From Actinomycetota bacterium (lineage in GTDB: Bacteria; Actinomycetota; Actinomycetes; S36-B12): a DNA stretch of 58,123 nucleotides. The DNA is taken from assembly GCA_046091195.1 (NCBI GenBank), contig JBJTBD010000065.1, positions 1 through 58,123 of the forward strand, in the 5' to 3' direction. Shown one piece after another: positions 46,778-56,778 of this stretch. Within the stretch, counting starts at the first letter, position 1; each line of letters opens with the position of its first letter. The translations under genes and the position numbers were made by a program. The notes beneath the pieces are model-generated. The model was given only the letters and a program-made list of their open reading frames with translations. It did no database searches and was not told where the DNA came from.

Positions 46778-48534
46778 CTGCGGGTTTCCTCGGCGATCTG
46801 CTCTGCGTTGGTCTCGGGCATGCCCGGGTGATGCAGCACACCACCGTGCGCGTTGTAGATGACGTCGCGATCCTCGTACTCGTGCAGGGGAGCTTCGATG
46901 GCTGCCTGCTCGGCCGCATGGTGCTGGCCGTGCTCGATCTCCGCGGCTGACGGCTTGGGGACGTTGTCACCGTAGAAGAAGGTGCTGAGGCGGTGCCGGA
47001 GTGAGTGGACCAGATACCTCGGGTTGCGGACACCGTCGGTGTCGGTCTTCTGCGGGGCCGGGAGTACCGCGTGGTCCGTCTTGGACGTGATGACAGCCAT
47101 CTCCTTGACGTTGATCGGCTGGTGCACCTCGATGAACTCACCATGCGGGAGGCGGAGAACACGTCCGGATTCGTATCCGTGGAGGAGCTTGTCGCGATCC
47201 TTGCGCTGGAGGCCCAGGCAGATCCGCTTGGTGATGATAAAGGCGATCGGCGGCGCCACGATCAACAGGATGCGCAGGGCCCAGGAAATCGAGTTGATCG
47301 AGAGGTCGAAGGCAACGGCGACAATGTCGTTGCCACCGCCGATCCACAGAATTCCGTAAAAGACGATGGCCATCACACCGATGCCGGTGCGCACCGGTGC
47401 GTTGCGCGGACGCTCGAGCAGGTTGTGCTCACGCTTGTCCCCGGTGACCCAGGCTTCGATGAACGGGTAGAGGGCCAGCAGGGTGAACAGGATCCCTGGG
47501 ATGATCACGGACGGGATCAGGACGTTCCAGGAGATGGTGTAGCCGGCGACAACCGTCTCCCAGTTGGGCATGAGCCGCAGCGCACCATCGAGCCAGCCGA
47601 TGTACCAGTCGGGCTGGGTGCCCGCGGAGACCTGATCCGGGGTGTAGGGACCGAAGATCCAGATCGGGTTGATCGTGACCAGCCCACTGATCAACGCGAT
47701 GACTCCGAAGACCACGAAGAAGAAACCGCCCGCCTTGGCCATGTAGACCGGCATGAGGGGGTAGCCGACGACGTTGGTGTTGGTGCGCCCCGGCCCGGGG
47801 TACTGGGTGTGCTTCTGCACCCACACCATCATCAGGTGGACCGTCACAACGGCCAGAATCAGGCCGGGGACGAGCAGAATGTGGGCCGAATACAGCCGGG
47901 AGATGATGTCCGTGCCCGGATATTCGCCACCGAAGATGAAGAACGCCAACCAGGTTCCCACCACGGGGATGGCCTGGATGATGCCGCGGATGATCTGCAG
48001 GCCCGTGCCGGAGAGCAGGTCGTCCGGGAGGGAGTAACCGGTGAATCCCGCTGCGAGCGCGAGGGTCAACAGGACCACGCCGAGGATCCAGTTGAGTTCG
48101 CGGGGCTTGCGGTAGGCACCGGTGAAGAAGACGCGGAAGGCGTGGACGACCATCGCCGCCACGAAAATGAGCGCCGCCCAGTGGTGCATCTGGCGGATGA
48201 GCAGGCCACCGCGCACGTCGAAGGAGATGTCCAGGGACGAGGCGTACGCCTCGGACATCATGACGCCCTTCAGCGGGACGTACGAGCCGTCGTAGACCAC
48301 CTCAACCATCGAGGGCTTGAAGAACAGGGTCAGATACACGCCGGTGAGCAGGATGACGATGAAGCTATAGAGCACGATCTCGCCGAGCATGAAGGACCAG
48401 TGGTCGGGGAACACCTTGCCGAGGTTGCGACCGAGGGCCTTGTTGCTGCCCAGCCGCTGATCCAGGTAGGTCGCGACGGCGCCTCCCGCCTTCTCGACGG
48501 GGGCTGGCTTCTCCAGCGGGCTGGTGGTGCTCAT
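46774..48534 (-). CDS. qcrB: cytochrome bc1 complex cytochrome b subunit
   Basis: 586 aa. FGEIVLYSF-type N-terminus (MLGEIVLYSFIV), heme-ligand His pairs in helices B and D, and a long actinobacterial C-terminal extension. Confidence 0.9.
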   Translation of the reverse strand: MSTTSPLEKPAPVEKAGGAVATYLDQRLGSNKALGRNLGKVFPDHWSFMLGEIVLYSFIVILLTGVYLTLFFKPSMVEVVYDGSYVPLKGVMMSEAYASSLDISFDVRGGLLIRQMHHWAALIFVAAMVVHAFRVFFTGAYRKPRELNWILGVVLLTLALAAGFTGYSLPDDLLSGTGLQIIRGIIQAIPVVGTWLAFFIFGGEYPGTDIISRLYSAHILLVPGLILAVVTVHLMMVWVQKHTQYPGPGRTNTNVVGYPLMPVYMAKAGGFFFVVFGVIALISGLVTINPIWIFGPYTPDQVSAGTQPDWYIGWLDGALRLMPNWETVVAGYTISWNVLIPSVIIPGILFTLLALYPFIEAWVTGDKREHNLLERPRNAPVRTGIGVMAIVFYGILWIGGGNDIVAVAFDLSINSISWALRILLIVAPPIAFIITKRICLGLQRKDRDKLLHGYESGRVLRLPHGEFIEVHQPINVKEMAVITSKTDHAVLPAPQKTDTDGVRNPRYLVHSLRHRLSTFFYGDNVPKPSAAEIEHGQHHAAEQAAIEAPLHEYEDRDVIYNAHGGVLHHPGMPETNAEQIAEETRS

Positions 48535-49589
48535 CCACGCTCCCAGAAACTCGGTCCGACAGGCTGTTGGAAATCTGACTTCGCCACGAGGAATCCTTCC
48601 TCATCCACGCCGATCGGCAACTGCGGCATGCGCCGGGCCGCCGGCCCGAAGATCACGTCCCCGGAGTCGGCCAGGTCGAAGGTGGACTGGTGGCACGGGC
48701 AAAGCAAGTGATGGGTCCGGTGCTCGTAGAGGGCGATGGGGCAGCCCACGTGGGTGCAGATCTTGGAGTAGGCCAGGATCCCCTGGTAGTCCCAGCCCTC
48801 TCCCTGTTGCGACCGGATCTCGCTGGGATCCATGCGCACGAGGATGATCGCCGCCTTGCCGCGGGCGTTGAGGTTGTGCTCGGCCTTCTGGATTTCCATG
48901 ATGTCGATGGGCAGGGCGGAGACCAGGCCTCCGACCGGGATGTCCTCCGGCCGAATGCCCTTCACGAACTCCCCGGTGGTCTCGCCGGTGTCGGGGACGA
49001 TCCGCAAGCCGTCGCGCCACGCGGTGGTGGACAGCAGCTCGACGGGGTTCTCGCCGGGCGGGGTCTGCCAGAGGTCGCGCAGCATGACCACGAGCGGGAT
49101 CGGGAACAGGGCCAATGCACCGATCAGGGTGCGTCGGATGATCGTGTACCGGGCGAAGCCGGACTCCTCCTTGCCGCGCTCGTAGTCGGCCTTGGCCTCC
49201 TCGTCCTCCTTCGGGGTTGAGGCCATGCTGTGCCGCTCCTGTACGACCTCCACGTCGGGCATGAGCTTCTTGGCCCACTGGATCGCACCCGTCCCGATCA
49301 GCAGGATCGCCATGCCGAAGGTGAAGCCGAGGGCGATTTGGCTGGCCCCCACCACGCCGAGCACCGGGATGTACACCACCGCGGACTTGTCGATGGTCAC
49401 GAAAGCCACGACGAAGAGGACGACAAAGACCATGGAGAGCAGGAACATGCTCGCCACCTGGCGCTCGGCCCGGCGGGCGGCCTTCGGGTCGGTGTCGGTA
49501 ACGCGCGGTGTGTGCGGGATGTCCGCGATTGGAAGGTGGCCCGGCTCGTTGTGCGGGTCCACCGGCAGCAGGTCCTTGTCGGTGCTCAT
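48531..49589 (-). CDS. qcrA: cytochrome bc1 complex Rieske iron-sulfur subunit
   Basis: CTHVGCP...CPCHQSTF Rieske boxes and three N-terminal TM helices. Confidence 0.9.
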   Translation of the reverse strand: MSTDKDLLPVDPHNEPGHLPIADIPHTPRVTDTDPKAARRAERQVASMFLLSMVFVVLFVVAFVTIDKSAVVYIPVLGVVGASQIALGFTFGMAILLIGTGAIQWAKKLMPDVEVVQERHSMASTPKEDEEAKADYERGKEESGFARYTIIRRTLIGALALFPIPLVVMLRDLWQTPPGENPVELLSTTAWRDGLRIVPDTGETTGEFVKGIRPEDIPVGGLVSALPIDIMEIQKAEHNLNARGKAAIILVRMDPSEIRSQQGEGWDYQGILAYSKICTHVGCPIALYEHRTHHLLCPCHQSTFDLADSGDVIFGPAARRMPQLPIGVDEEGFLVAKSDFQQPVGPSFWERG

Positions 49590-50377
49590 CGGGCCTTGAT
49601 CCCGATCCAGACGGCGGCAGCGATCAGCGCCGCGAAGACGGCTGTCCAGAGGAAGAGGCCCTCGACGACGGGGCCGAGGCGGCCGAGGGAGAGGCCCCCG
49701 GGGCTCGGTGCCTGCTGGAGCTCGTTCACGTAGGCGATGATCGCCTTCTTCTCCTCCACGGGGAGGGTCTCATCGGAGAAGACCGGCATGTTCTGCGGGC
49801 CGGTCAGCATCGCCTCGTAGATCTCCGTGGGCGTGGCGTTCATGAGCGACGGGGCGTACTTGCCCTGGGTGAGGGCGCCCCCCTGCCCCGCAGCCTGGTG
49901 ACATTGGGCGCAGTTGATCCGGAAGAGGACACCACCCTTGGCCACGTCAGCGTCGGCGTAGTCGACCTGCTCCGCCGAGGGAATCGCCGGGCCCGGGGCC
50001 AGAGTGGCGACGTACGCGGCCATCTTGGCGACCTCGTCCTCGTTGTAGGCGGGGGGTTTGGCAACCGCCTGGGCCCCGGGTGCCGCGAGGGGCATGCGAC
50101 CGGTGCCGACCTGGAAGTGCACGGATGCGGCGCCGACGCCGATCAGGGTCGGTCCGTACTTCGTGCCCTGGGCGTTGAGTCCATGGCAGGAGGAGCACCC
50201 CTCGAGGTAGAGCTTCTTGCCTTCCTCGACCTGGGTCTGCGAACCCATCGCGGCAACCGCCGGCTGCGCGTTGCTCGCGAGCGAGTACGCACCGCCGACG
50301 ACGACAAGGGCAAGCAGGAGGAGGGCAATGGCCACGGCCGGGTTGCGGCGCCGGGCTGCCAGGAACTTCACGGTCAT
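49586..50377 (-). CDS. qcrC: cytochrome bc1 complex diheme cytochrome c subunit
   Basis: Start MTVKFLAARRRN (cat 50375-50377). CSSCH and CAQCH heme motifs, plus a C-terminal TM anchor. Confidence 0.9.
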   Translation of the reverse strand: MTVKFLAARRRNPAVAIALLLLALVVVGGAYSLASNAQPAVAAMGSQTQVEEGKKLYLEGCSSCHGLNAQGTKYGPTLIGVGAASVHFQVGTGRMPLAAPGAQAVAKPPAYNEDEVAKMAAYVATLAPGPAIPSAEQVDYADADVAKGGVLFRINCAQCHQAAGQGGALTQGKYAPSLMNATPTEIYEAMLTGPQNMPVFSDETLPVEEKKAIIAYVNELQQAPSPGGLSLGRLGPVVEGLFLWTAVFAALIAAAVWIGIKAR

Positions 50378-50397
50378 GTGCCTTTCTCGGGATGCTG

Positions 50398-51000
50398 CTA
50401 CTGGAGGATGTAGATCATGAAGAACAGGGCGATCCACACCACGTCGACGAAGTGCCAGTAGTACGAGGTGACGATGGCGCGGGTCGCTTGGTCGTGGGTG
50501 AAGCGTTTAGTGACGTAGGTGGTGGCGAGCACGAAGAGGAAGGCGATCAGGCCTCCGGTGACGTGCAGACCGTGGAATCCGGTGGTGAGGTAGAAGGCGC
50601 TCCCATAGGCGTTGGACGAGAGAGTCAGGCCTTCGTGCACGAGCTCCACATATTCGGTCACCTGGCCGGCGATGAAGAAGGCGCCCATGAGGAAGGTGAT
50701 GATGAACCAGCGGCGCAGGCCCTTGACGTCTCCACGCTCCGCGGCGAAGACACCGAGCTGGCACGTCACGCTGGAGAGCACCAGCACGGTGGTGTTGACG
50801 CTGGCGAAGGGGATGTTCAGGAGTTGGGTCTCTTCGGCCCAGAGTTCCGGGTTCACCGCGCGCATCGTGAAGTACATGGCGAAGAGCGCGGCGAAGAACA
50901 TCAATTCGCTCGAGAGCCACACGATGGTCCCGATCGAGACCATGTTCGGACGGTTGGCCGGAGCGTGGGCGTAGGCAGCCGGAATTGTCGCGTTCGCCAC
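50398..51000 (-). CDS. ctaE: cytochrome c oxidase subunit III
   Basis: 200 aa, five TM helices. [20 protein letters not shown] and YWHFVDVVW. Confidence 0.9.
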   Translation of the reverse strand: MANATIPAAYAHAPANRPNMVSIGTIVWLSSELMFFAALFAMYFTMRAVNPELWAEETQLLNIPFASVNTTVLVLSSVTCQLGVFAAERGDVKGLRRWFIITFLMGAFFIAGQVTEYVELVHEGLTLSSNAYGSAFYLTTGFHGLHVTGGLIAFLFVLATTYVTKRFTHDQATRAIVTSYYWHFVDVVWIALFFMIYILQ

Positions 51001-51086
51001 GGTCCGAGTCTGTCAGATCTCGGGCGTCTTCTCCCCCCGGCCCCCTCATGAATCGGGATGGTGTTGGTCACGTCGGCGGTCCGGGA

Positions 51087-51509
51087 ATGCCCGGCTACAG
51101 TGAGGGCGTGCCCGAGGCCCCCACCGTCCAGGTCCTGGTCTATAGCGACGACCGGCTGGTCCGGCAGCAGGTGCGCATGGCCCTCGGTCGCCGACCCGCC
51201 GCAGACCTCCCCGCACTGAACTACACCGAGGTCGCCACGGCCCCCGCGCTGGAGGCCTTGGTTGATGAGAACCGCTACGACTTGATCATCCTCGACGGTG
51301 AGGCCGTCCCCGCCGGTGGAATGGGAATCGCCCGCCAGTTGAAGGACGAGATCTACCGCTGCCCGCCGATCCTCCTGCTCGTCGGACGCCCCCAGGATGC
51401 GTGGCTCGCCACCTGGTCGCGGGCCGACGCCGTCGTGGCGCATCCGATTGACGCCATCGCCCTGGCCCGCGCCGCGGAGAAATTGCTGCGCCCACGCGTC
51501 AGCGCATGA
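51087..51509 (+). CDS. stand-alone receiver (CheY-like) domain protein
   Basis: VLVYSDD acidic pocket, YDLIILDGEAVPAGGMGIARQLK (candidate phospho-acceptor Asp) and PPILLLVGR. No output domain. Start is ATG 51087 or GTG 51108. Confidence 0.6.
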   Translation: MPGYSEGVPEAPTVQVLVYSDDRLVRQQVRMALGRRPAADLPALNYTEVATAPALEALVDENRYDLIILDGEAVPAGGMGIARQLKDEIYRCPPILLLVGRPQDAWLATWSRADAVVAHPIDAIALARAAEKLLRPRVSA

Positions 51510-51513
51510 GCCC

Positions 51514-52605
51514 ATGTCCGAGCGCACCTGGGCGTCGGTTCTCGCGTCCCTGACTTCCGGGCAGGACCTGCCTCCCGACGCCGCCCGGTGGGCGATGGGC
51601 GAAATCCTGCGCGGGGATGCAACACCCGCCCAGACCGCAGGGTTCATCATCGGACTGCGGATGAAGGGGGAGCAGGCCGCCGAGGTCCGGGATCTCACCG
51701 AGGTAATGCTCGAGTTCGCCAACCTCGTTCCCCGTCCCGAGGGTCTCGACGTGGTGCTCGACGTGGTGGGGACCGGGGGTGACGGATCCGGTTCGGTGAA
51801 CATCTCCACGATGTCGGCGCTTATCGCCGCGGCCGCGGGCGCGCCGGTGATCAAGCACGGCAATCGGGCAGCGTCGAGTCAAGCCGGTGCCGCGGATGTG
51901 CTGGAAGCCGTTGGTGTCACCATCACCCTGACGCCGGAAGCCGTCGGACGTTGCGCGGCGGACGGCGGGATCGGTTTTTGCTTCGCACCTGCGCACCATC
52001 CGGCGTTGCGTCACGCGGCTCCCGTGCGCCGGGAACTCGGTGTGCCATCGGTGTTCAACATCCTCGGCCCGCTGACCAATCCCGGGTTGGCGAACGCATC
52101 GCTTGTCGGGTGTTCGAATGAACGCCTGGCCCCACTCATCGCCGCAGTGCTGCACGAGCGGGGTGTCTCAGCGCTCGTGGTGCGCGGCACCGACGGACTT
52201 GATGAGATCTCGGTGTCCGCGGACACTCGTGTCTGGGATGCGACGGGGGACGACGTGGTGGAGACCACTCTCGGCCCGACGCAGTTGGGTATTCCAGCAA
52301 TCGAACCGGCACTTCTGCGCGGCGGGGAACCCGCGCGCAACGCGGAACTGCTCCTGAAGGTGCTCGACCCCGAGACACCCCAGGATGATCCGGACGCTGC
52401 CGCCGTGGACGCGATCCGGCACGCGGTCACTGTCAACGCGGCTGCCGCATTGGTCGCCTTCGATGCGGCGTGCGGAAACCGGGGGAGCGGCGACCTGACG
52501 AGTCGTGTCCTCGCGCGGATGACCAGTGCACGTGCGGCACTCGATGACGGTGCGGCATTGGCCGTGCTCCGCGCATGGATCGCACGCAGCGCCGAGGTGG
52601 CTTAA
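51514..52605 (+). CDS. trpD: anthranilate phosphoribosyltransferase
   Basis: Start MSERTWASVL. DVVGTGGDGSGSVNIST, KHGNRAASSQAGAADVLEA and FNILGPLTNP. Confidence 0.9.
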   Translation: MSERTWASVLASLTSGQDLPPDAARWAMGEILRGDATPAQTAGFIIGLRMKGEQAAEVRDLTEVMLEFANLVPRPEGLDVVLDVVGTGGDGSGSVNISTMSALIAAAAGAPVIKHGNRAASSQAGAADVLEAVGVTITLTPEAVGRCAADGGIGFCFAPAHHPALRHAAPVRRELGVPSVFNILGPLTNPGLANASLVGCSNERLAPLIAAVLHERGVSALVVRGTDGLDEISVSADTRVWDATGDDVVETTLGPTQLGIPAIEPALLRGGEPARNAELLLKVLDPETPQDDPDAAAVDAIRHAVTVNAAAALVAFDAACGNRGSGDLTSRVLARMTSARAALDDGAALAVLRAWIARSAEVA

Positions 52606-54407
52606 GCGCTCGCGCGAATCCTGGTCACGGCATCAAGCCGCGGCCCCCAGGGTCGCGGTGCGGGATCGGTCTCGAAAGCGCGCAGGGAGTCACGGGCATC
52701 GCCGAAGCGGGCGAGCCACGACCCACCTCCGTTCACGGGTAATGCCCAGGTGCGGGTGCACGAGACCAGGCGGATGCCTGCGGATTCCAACCAGTGCAGA
52801 AGGTCCAGGGCTTCTTCCGAGGTCCCGGCCGGTGCGGGCACGGTGCCCGGTGTGACGCTGGCAGCGGTGGAGCGCAGCGCATCCACTCGCGCATGCGCAT
52901 CCTCGTTCGGGTCGACGAATCCTGCGGCGGCTAGATATCCGTAGCGGATCACGTGGAGCGCCCACCCCTCTCCCTCGGGAACGGCCGCGATGATCTCCGG
53001 TTCACCTGCGATCAGTGCCAAGCGCTGGCGGCGCAGTGTTGCGGACATGAAGCAGGTGAGTCGCTCCCGCCACCGCGCTGCCTCCTCGTACCGCTCGGCT
53101 TCGGCGAGTTCGCGCATACGCGCGGTGATTGTGTCTTCCACGAGCGCGACGTCTCCCAGCATCGCTCGACGCACGGATTCCACCGCTGCGGTGTACGCAT
53201 CGGAATCATGTCCTGCGCGACAGGGCGCTAGGCAGCGACCCAACTCACCGAGTGCGCACCCTGCGACGGTGCTGCGCGGTGACCGTGCGATGCGCGGTGT
53301 GCAGGTGCGGATTGGATACGTGTATTCCAGTGCCTCCGCTGCAAGCCGTGCCACTGCGTGCGATGTAAATGGACCGAGGTAGGTCCCACCGTCGTCGGCG
53401 ATCCGCGACACAACGCTTAATCGGGGCGCATTGTCCGTGGTGAGCTTGACCCACGACGGCTCACTCGCCCGACGGGAGCGACGGTTGTATCGGGGCTGCT
53501 CGTCGACGATGAGGCGACGCTCCCTGACCCGGGCCTCCAGGGTGGTGGCGCACTCGATCGCCCGCACGGAGTGGGCGATGGTGATCATCTCGCTCATCCG
53601 GCGACGCTGCTCCGCAGCGGTGAAGTAGGAGCGGACACGCTGCCGGATGTTCTTGGATGTCCCTATATAGAGGGGTCGTCCCTCCCGGTCCTCGAAGATG
53701 TAGACCCCCGGTCCCTTGGGGAGCCGGTCTGCCAGATGCCGCTTGGTGCGCTGAGCGTTGCTGACCCGCCCGGTGAAGGCCCGCAGGTCCTCGAGCGTCA
53801 TGACCCCGAAGTTGCCCACCCGCTCCAGGAGATGGTGGAACACCTCGGCCGTGGCACGGGCGTCGGCAAGCGCCCGGTGCGAGGGCTCGGTGGCGGTGCG
53901 GAAGTACGCGGCGAGTGTGCCGAGTTTGCAGTTGCGCACCTCATCGCGTTGCAGTGCCGAGCGGGCGAGGCGGGCGGTATCGACGACCGGGCCGTGATTC
54001 CACGTGAGGTCGTGGCGCTCGCAGGCCGCCCGCAGGAAGCCGAGGTCGAAGGGGGCGTTGTGCGCGACCACGGCGGCGTCCCCGGCGAACTCGAGGAACA
54101 TGGCCACGGCCGTGAGCACGCTGGGAGCACCGGCGACATCCGCGTTGGTGATGCCGGTGAGGGCGGCGATGAAGGGCGGGATCGGGATTCCGGGATTCAC
54201 CAGGGTGGTGAACTCGCCCAGTACCTCGCCGCCGCGGACTTTCACGGCACCGATCTCGGTGATCGCGCAGTCGCGACTGCTCCCGCCTGTGGTTTCGAGG
54301 TCGACCACGACAAACGTGGCGAGGGACAGGGGAGTCCCCGCCTCGTCAAGCGAGAGCTGCTGATCGGACATCGGGTTCACCGTACGGGCAGGGTGAGACG
54401 ACTGCAC
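52602..54407 (-). CDS. DEDD 3'-5' exonuclease domain fused to GIY-YIG (UvrC-like) nuclease domain protein
   Basis: FVVVDLETTG, VAHNAPFDLGFL and HRALADARAT (DnaQ-like), then GVYIFEDREGRPLYIGTSKNIRQRVRSYF (GIY-YIG). Rv2191-like. Start is GTG 54407 or ATG 54371. Confidence 0.8.
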   Translation of the reverse strand: MQSSHPARTVNPMSDQQLSLDEAGTPLSLATFVVVDLETTGGSSRDCAITEIGAVKVRGGEVLGEFTTLVNPGIPIPPFIAALTGITNADVAGAPSVLTAVAMFLEFAGDAAVVAHNAPFDLGFLRAACERHDLTWNHGPVVDTARLARSALQRDEVRNCKLGTLAAYFRTATEPSHRALADARATAEVFHHLLERVGNFGVMTLEDLRAFTGRVSNAQRTKRHLADRLPKGPGVYIFEDREGRPLYIGTSKNIRQRVRSYFTAAEQRRRMSEMITIAHSVRAIECATTLEARVRERRLIVDEQPRYNRRSRRASEPSWVKLTTDNAPRLSVVSRIADDGGTYLGPFTSHAVARLAAEALEYTYPIRTCTPRIARSPRSTVAGCALGELGRCLAPCRAGHDSDAYTAAVESVRRAMLGDVALVEDTITARMRELAEAERYEEAARWRERLTCFMSATLRRQRLALIAGEPEIIAAVPEGEGWALHVIRYGYLAAAGFVDPNEDAHARVDALRSTAASVTPGTVPAPAGTSEEALDLLHWLESAGIRLVSCTRTWALPVNGGGSWLARFGDARDSLRAFETDPAPRPWGPRLDAVTRIRASA

Positions 54408-54438
54408 CCGGCACGCCGCGCCTCGCTAGGGTTCGGAT

Positions 54439-54708
54439 ATGCCGCAATTGCCCGACGAAACCACCCGGTTGCGCTGCGCTCACTGCGGCAACCTGACCCG
54501 TTTCGACGTGATCCGCACCGTTCGGTCCCAGGAGTTCTGGCACGCCACCATGTCCGGGGACGTTCAAATCGACGAGACCACGGTTCTCTCTGAGGAAGTC
54601 GAGGAAGTCCGCTGCCGGTGGTGCTCGGCATCGGACCGGATCGAGGTCGTGCCCCGTCCCGAGTTCGGGGGACCCGAGTCCGAGGGCCCCGGTGACGGCG
54701 AGGTTTAG
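54439..54708 (+). CDS. small zinc-ribbon protein
   Basis: 89 aa with CAHCGN...CRWCS (two CxxC pairs) and an acidic C-terminal tail. GC3-rich. Confidence 0.5.
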   Translation: MPQLPDETTRLRCAHCGNLTRFDVIRTVRSQEFWHATMSGDVQIDETTVLSEEVEEVRCRWCSASDRIEVVPRPEFGGPESEGPGDGEV

Positions 54709-54713
54709 CCGGG

Positions 54714-56774
54714 ATGCGTACCGCGTCAGTGGGATTGCGCGTGGGTAGCCCGGACGCGGATCTGCTGGCTCGGTCCAACCGACTCGGCAGTGATAAGCGC
54801 AATACGAACTACGCCGGCGGCAATACGTCCGCACAGGGCGTTGCTGTCGACCCCGTCACAAGTGACGACGTCGAGTTGATGTGGGTGAAGGGTTCGGGAG
54901 GCGATCTGGGAACGCTCACCGCTGCCGGTCTCTCCGTGTTGCGACTCGATCGCCTTCGGGCCCTCTGCGACGTCTACCCGGGCATCGACCGGGAAGACGA
55001 GATGGTGCACGCCTTCACGTACTGCCTGCACGGGACAGGCGGTGCCGCGCCGTCGATCGACACGGCGATGCACGGTCTGGTGGAGTCCGCACACGTCGAT
55101 CATCTGCATCCGGACTCGGGCATCGCTCTGGCAACGAGTGCCGACGGTGAGCGTCTCACGCGCGAGTGTTTCGGGGATTCGGTCGTGTGGGTTCCCTGGC
55201 GCAGGCCCGGGTTCCAGTTGGGACTGGACATCCGTGACATCCAGTGCCGTAACCCGCAGGCCATCGGCTGCATCCTTGGTGGCCACGGGATCACCGCGTG
55301 GGGTGCCACGAGCGAGGAATGCGAGGCCAACTCGCTGCGCATCATTCGCGGTGCCGAGGAATTCATCGCAGCACGGGGGCGTCCGGATCCCTTCGGACCG
55401 GTTGTGCCCGGGTTCGAGCCCCTGCCCGAGGAGGAGCGCCGTGCGCGCGCGGCCCAGATCGCACCGGTGATCCGGGGCCTGGCGTCGATGGACCGTCGCA
55501 TGGTGGGTCACTACGACGACAGTGACGCGGTTCTCGACTTCCTCAGTCGCACCGAACACCCGCGACTCGCGGTGCTCGGCACCTCATGCCCCGACCACTT
55601 CCTGCGCACCAAGGTGCGCCCGATGGTGGTCGACCTTCCACCCACGGCACCGCTCGACGACGTGGTCGTCCGGCTACGGGAACTGCATGAGGCCTACCGA
55701 GCCGATTACGAGGCCTATTACTCACGGCACGCACTTCCGGACAGTCCTCCAATGCGGGGCGCGGATCCGGCGATCGTCCTGGTTCCCGGAATCGGGATGT
55801 TCTCCTTCGGGGCAACGAAGCAGACGGCGCGGGTGGCCGGAGAGTTCTACATCAACGCGATCAACGTCATGCGGGGCGCCGAGGCGATTTCCTCTTATGC
55901 CCCGATAGACGAGTCGGAGAAGTTCCGCATCGAGTACTGGGAACTCGAGGAAGCCAAACTGCGCAGGCTTCCGGCCCCGAAGCGCCTGGCGACGCGGATC
56001 GCGGTCGTCACCGGAGGCGCCAGCGGCATCGGTTTGGCTACCGCGAAGGCGCTGGTGGCGGACGGCGCGTGCGTCGTGATTGCCGATCTGGACGAAGCGA
56101 AAGCGAATGCCGTTGCCGAGGAACTCGGCGGGAGCGATATCGCCATCGGTGTGGGCGCGGACATTTCGTCAGAGAGTGCGATCGAGAACATGATCCGACG
56201 CGCGTGCCTGGCCTTCGGGGGCGTGGACATCGTGGTGAACAACGCGGGACTCTCGCTGTCGCGTCCGCTCCTCGAGACGACGGCTGCCGACTGGGATCTC
56301 CAACACGATGTCATGGCCCGAGGATCGTTCCTGGTGAGTCGCGATGGTGCCCGAGTCATGATCGCTCAAGGAATGGGCGGCGACATCATCTACATCGCCA
56401 GCAAGAACGCGGTCTTCGCAGGTCCGTCCAACATCGCGTACAGCGCCACCAAGGCCGATCAGGCGCATCAGGTTCGGCTACTCGCCGTGGAGCTGGGCGA
56501 GTTCGGCATTCGTGTCAACGGCATCAACCCCGATGGAGTGGTCCAGGGATCGGGGATCTTCTCCAGCGGATGGGGTGCCAACCGGGCTGCCGTCTACGGG
56601 GTGAAGGAAGAGGACCTCGGGAAGTTTTATGCGAACCGAACGATCCTCAAGCGTGAGGTGCTCCCCGAGCACGTTGCCCACGCGGTTGCCGCGCTGTGCT
56701 CGGATGAGTTCTCCCGCACCACCGGGCTCCTCGTGCCCGTCGACTCCGGCGTTGCCGCCGCATTCCTGAGGTGA
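54714..56774 (+). CDS. bifunctional class II aldolase (rhamnulose-1-phosphate aldolase-like) / short-chain dehydrogenase
   Basis: 686 aa. N-terminal GGNTSAQG...WVKGSGGDLGT aldolase half. C-terminal SDR half (VTGGASGIGLATA, NNAG, YSATKA). Confidence 0.85.
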   Translation: MRTASVGLRVGSPDADLLARSNRLGSDKRNTNYAGGNTSAQGVAVDPVTSDDVELMWVKGSGGDLGTLTAAGLSVLRLDRLRALCDVYPGIDREDEMVHAFTYCLHGTGGAAPSIDTAMHGLVESAHVDHLHPDSGIALATSADGERLTRECFGDSVVWVPWRRPGFQLGLDIRDIQCRNPQAIGCILGGHGITAWGATSEECEANSLRIIRGAEEFIAARGRPDPFGPVVPGFEPLPEEERRARAAQIAPVIRGLASMDRRMVGHYDDSDAVLDFLSRTEHPRLAVLGTSCPDHFLRTKVRPMVVDLPPTAPLDDVVVRLRELHEAYRADYEAYYSRHALPDSPPMRGADPAIVLVPGIGMFSFGATKQTARVAGEFYINAINVMRGAEAISSYAPIDESEKFRIEYWELEEAKLRRLPAPKRLATRIAVVTGGASGIGLATAKALVADGACVVIADLDEAKANAVAEELGGSDIAIGVGADISSESAIENMIRRACLAFGGVDIVVNNAGLSLSRPLLETTAADWDLQHDVMARGSFLVSRDGARVMIAQGMGGDIIYIASKNAVFAGPSNIAYSATKADQAHQVRLLAVELGEFGIRVNGINPDGVVQGSGIFSSGWGANRAAVYGVKEEDLGKFYANRTILKREVLPEHVAHAVAALCSDEFSRTTGLLVPVDSGVAAAFLR

Positions 56775-56778
56775 TCCG

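Noticed and set aside
55400-55425. tRNA T-loop-like string GGGTTCGAGCCCC
   Set aside because: It lies inside the aldolase/SDR coding frame. The flanking bases do not form a T-stem or an acceptor stem.
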